Source: Vicugna vicugna (taxonomy: Eukaryota). From it: a DNA stretch of 64,000 nucleotides. The stretch lies in assembly GCA_013265495.1 (NCBI GenBank), contig MU062035.1, positions 434,001-498,000 on the forward strand, given 5' to 3'. A program made the position numbers and the translations under genes. The notes under the pieces are model-generated. The model saw only the letters and a program-made list of their open reading frames with translations. It searched no databases and was not told where the DNA came from. Below are positions 62,321-64,000 of this stretch, piece by piece. Numbering within the stretch: position 1 is the first letter of the stretch; each line of letters starts with the position of its first letter.

Positions 62321-63540
62321 AAGGTCTTAAGACTCCTGAGTGGCCTGAGGGGCAGAGGGAGGGTCAGGGTGGCTGGAGCAGAGGGCTCGAGGCACACAGT
62401 GGCAGCAAATGCTGTCGTGGAGGTGGGCTAGAGCTGGATCACTCAGGACACCAGAGAGGTTTGGCATTTTCCCCAGGAGCAGCAGGAGCCACAGAAGCTG
62501 CGTGGGGGCTGGCGATGACCACACGCTGCTTTAGCGGGATGGTCAGGCCGGCTTGGAGAATGGACTGTACGGAGTAAGGGCCAGGTGAATCCAATTTTAA
62601 GGGCCCCCATTAGGAACAAGAAATTCATATGAAAATGAATACTGATAGAGAATGAGAAAGAAAAGCATGACAAATTGCCAGAACCCTGGAGATTTAAGTC
62701 TGTTCTTCTGACATCTCTCTGGACAAAATGCCAGAAACGCTTAAAGGAAAATGTTTCCTGAGTGTAAACTGGCTGCTCTTCCCTCCTAGAACACTCCATA
62801 GCTCCCAGCGACCCCTAGTCCTCACAGGGGCCATGCGAGTGAGAGGCTTGAGCATAAATTTCACTAACTTCACAGTAAGCCCACCTCCAGTGAAGAGAGA
62901 AGTGGGGAGGCCAGCTGGGGGCCATGGCAGGGCCTCGACCACTTTACACTTCTGTAAGGAGAGGTCTCGGAGATAGCAGTGCTCACTGCCAGAGAGCAGG
63001 GGGGTGTTGGACAGATGTTGCCAGGGGTGGAGGCTCGCAGTGGGGATCGGGGCTCAGGACGGGCCTGGGATCAATGAGGGAACAGGGCCCTGGCCCTGGC
63101 AAGCAGCAGGCAGGCTCAGGGACCCTCCAAAGTGAGTGACCCCAGGATTTCCGCCCTCTGCCCATAGAAGGGGCTCTGACCTTCAAGGCCTGGGTCAAGG
63201 AGGGGCCTTTCCAACCTGCTGAGACCCATGGCCCCTCCAAGGCCCACCCCATGCTTCCAACCTCTCACTTTGAAGTCTATGATGATTTGCTAAGTGAGTG
63301 GCCTGCCGGTGGGAACCAGCAGGTCCAGCCAGAGCCAGCTCAGGCCCCTGGACCAGGAGGGGATTAAAAGCCAGACATTGTTATCACAGCCAGGTCTGGA
63401 GACTGGGCCCTGCCTGGCCCAAGGGCACACAGGCCTGAGAGTGGGAAACTCCATATGGCTGGAACTGTGGTTCAGTTAGTTCCTCCATTGATTTTTCTTT
63501 TCTTTTCTTTTCTTTTTTGACATTGTTCTGGCTATCTACT

Positions 63541-63675
63541 TCTTTTTTTTTAAGTATAGTTGATTTACAAGGTTGCGTTAGTTTCTGGTGGACAGCATAG
63601 TGATTCAGCTATACATATATATATTCTTTTTCATTATAGGTTATTACAAGATATTGAATATAGGACCTTGTTGTT
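63541..63675 (-). mobile_element. L1 3' end (artiodactyl type), antisense
   Basis: TTTTTTTTTAAGTATAGTTGATTTACAAGGTTGCGTTAGTTTCTGGTGGACAGCATAGTGATTCAG...ATTACAAGATATTGAATATAGGACCTTGTTG. Confidence 0.85.
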
Positions 63676-63679
63676 TTGC

Positions 63680-63999
63680 TTTTTTTTCCCAAAAGCAACA
63701 AAGTTTATTGTTTCACCCCCAAACCTGAAGAAAGGTTTAGTTCAGCATCGACAACTTGCCGAAGTTGTTATTGGAACTACAGGCCATGTTGGGAAAAAAC
63801 CCCAGCATCTACACAAACAGTTGCAAGGCAGTTATCTAGAATCCAGTATGGATGTCTTTTATCCAGAGGAGAGCCTACCTTTGTGTTTTGTGGGAAGCGC
63901 AGATCAACTTCCAGAGGGCTGAAGTTGCTTCATCCCTGCGGGAGGCCCAAACTCATCATCCGGAGCCCACTGAGGAGGCTGACTCTTCACCCCAGCAAG
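63680..63999 (-). pseudogene. 3' end of a probable processed pseudogene/retrocopy, parent gene not identified, continuing past the window edge
   Basis: On the minus strand AATAAA (63704-63709) lies 16 nt before an 8-nt A tract (63680-63687) that abuts an L1 fragment. The sequence is non-repetitive and mRNA-like. Confidence 0.6.
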
Positions 64000-64000
64000 T

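Noticed and set aside
63560-63922. 120-aa plus-strand ORF at the right edge
   Set aside because: It is the antisense reading of an L1 3' end plus the retrocopy UTR and crosses their junction.

Overview
Mammalian genomic DNA from a draft assembly with four N-gaps. It is very probably a camelid, because it carries several tRNA-Ala-derived Vic-1-type SINEs. The window is syntenic with the human DDI2/RSC1A1-PLEKHM2-SLC25A34-TMEM82 cluster, and all genes are on the + strand. In order it contains: the 3' end of the intronless RSC1A1 ORF (UBA domain) and the long 3' UTR it shares with DDI2 (to ~6985); a repeat-rich intergenic stretch; the PLEKHM2/SKIP CpG-island promoter and 19 visible coding exons (14298-47966), with the expected 60-nt exon 7 apparently hidden in an N-gap; SLC25A34 (5 exons, 304 aa); TMEM82 (6 exons, 343 aa); and the 3' end of an unidentified probable retrocopy at the right edge. 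I traced exon boundaries and reading frames by hand. Orthology, repeat-family names and human residue comparisons come from memory, not from a database search. I found no new biological system. The most useful leads are splicing-related (gap-hidden exon 7, a candidate poison exon), regulatory (5' UTR hairpin, CLEAR/MEF2, nuclear-receptor and HNF4 motifs) and the unidentified retrocopy.
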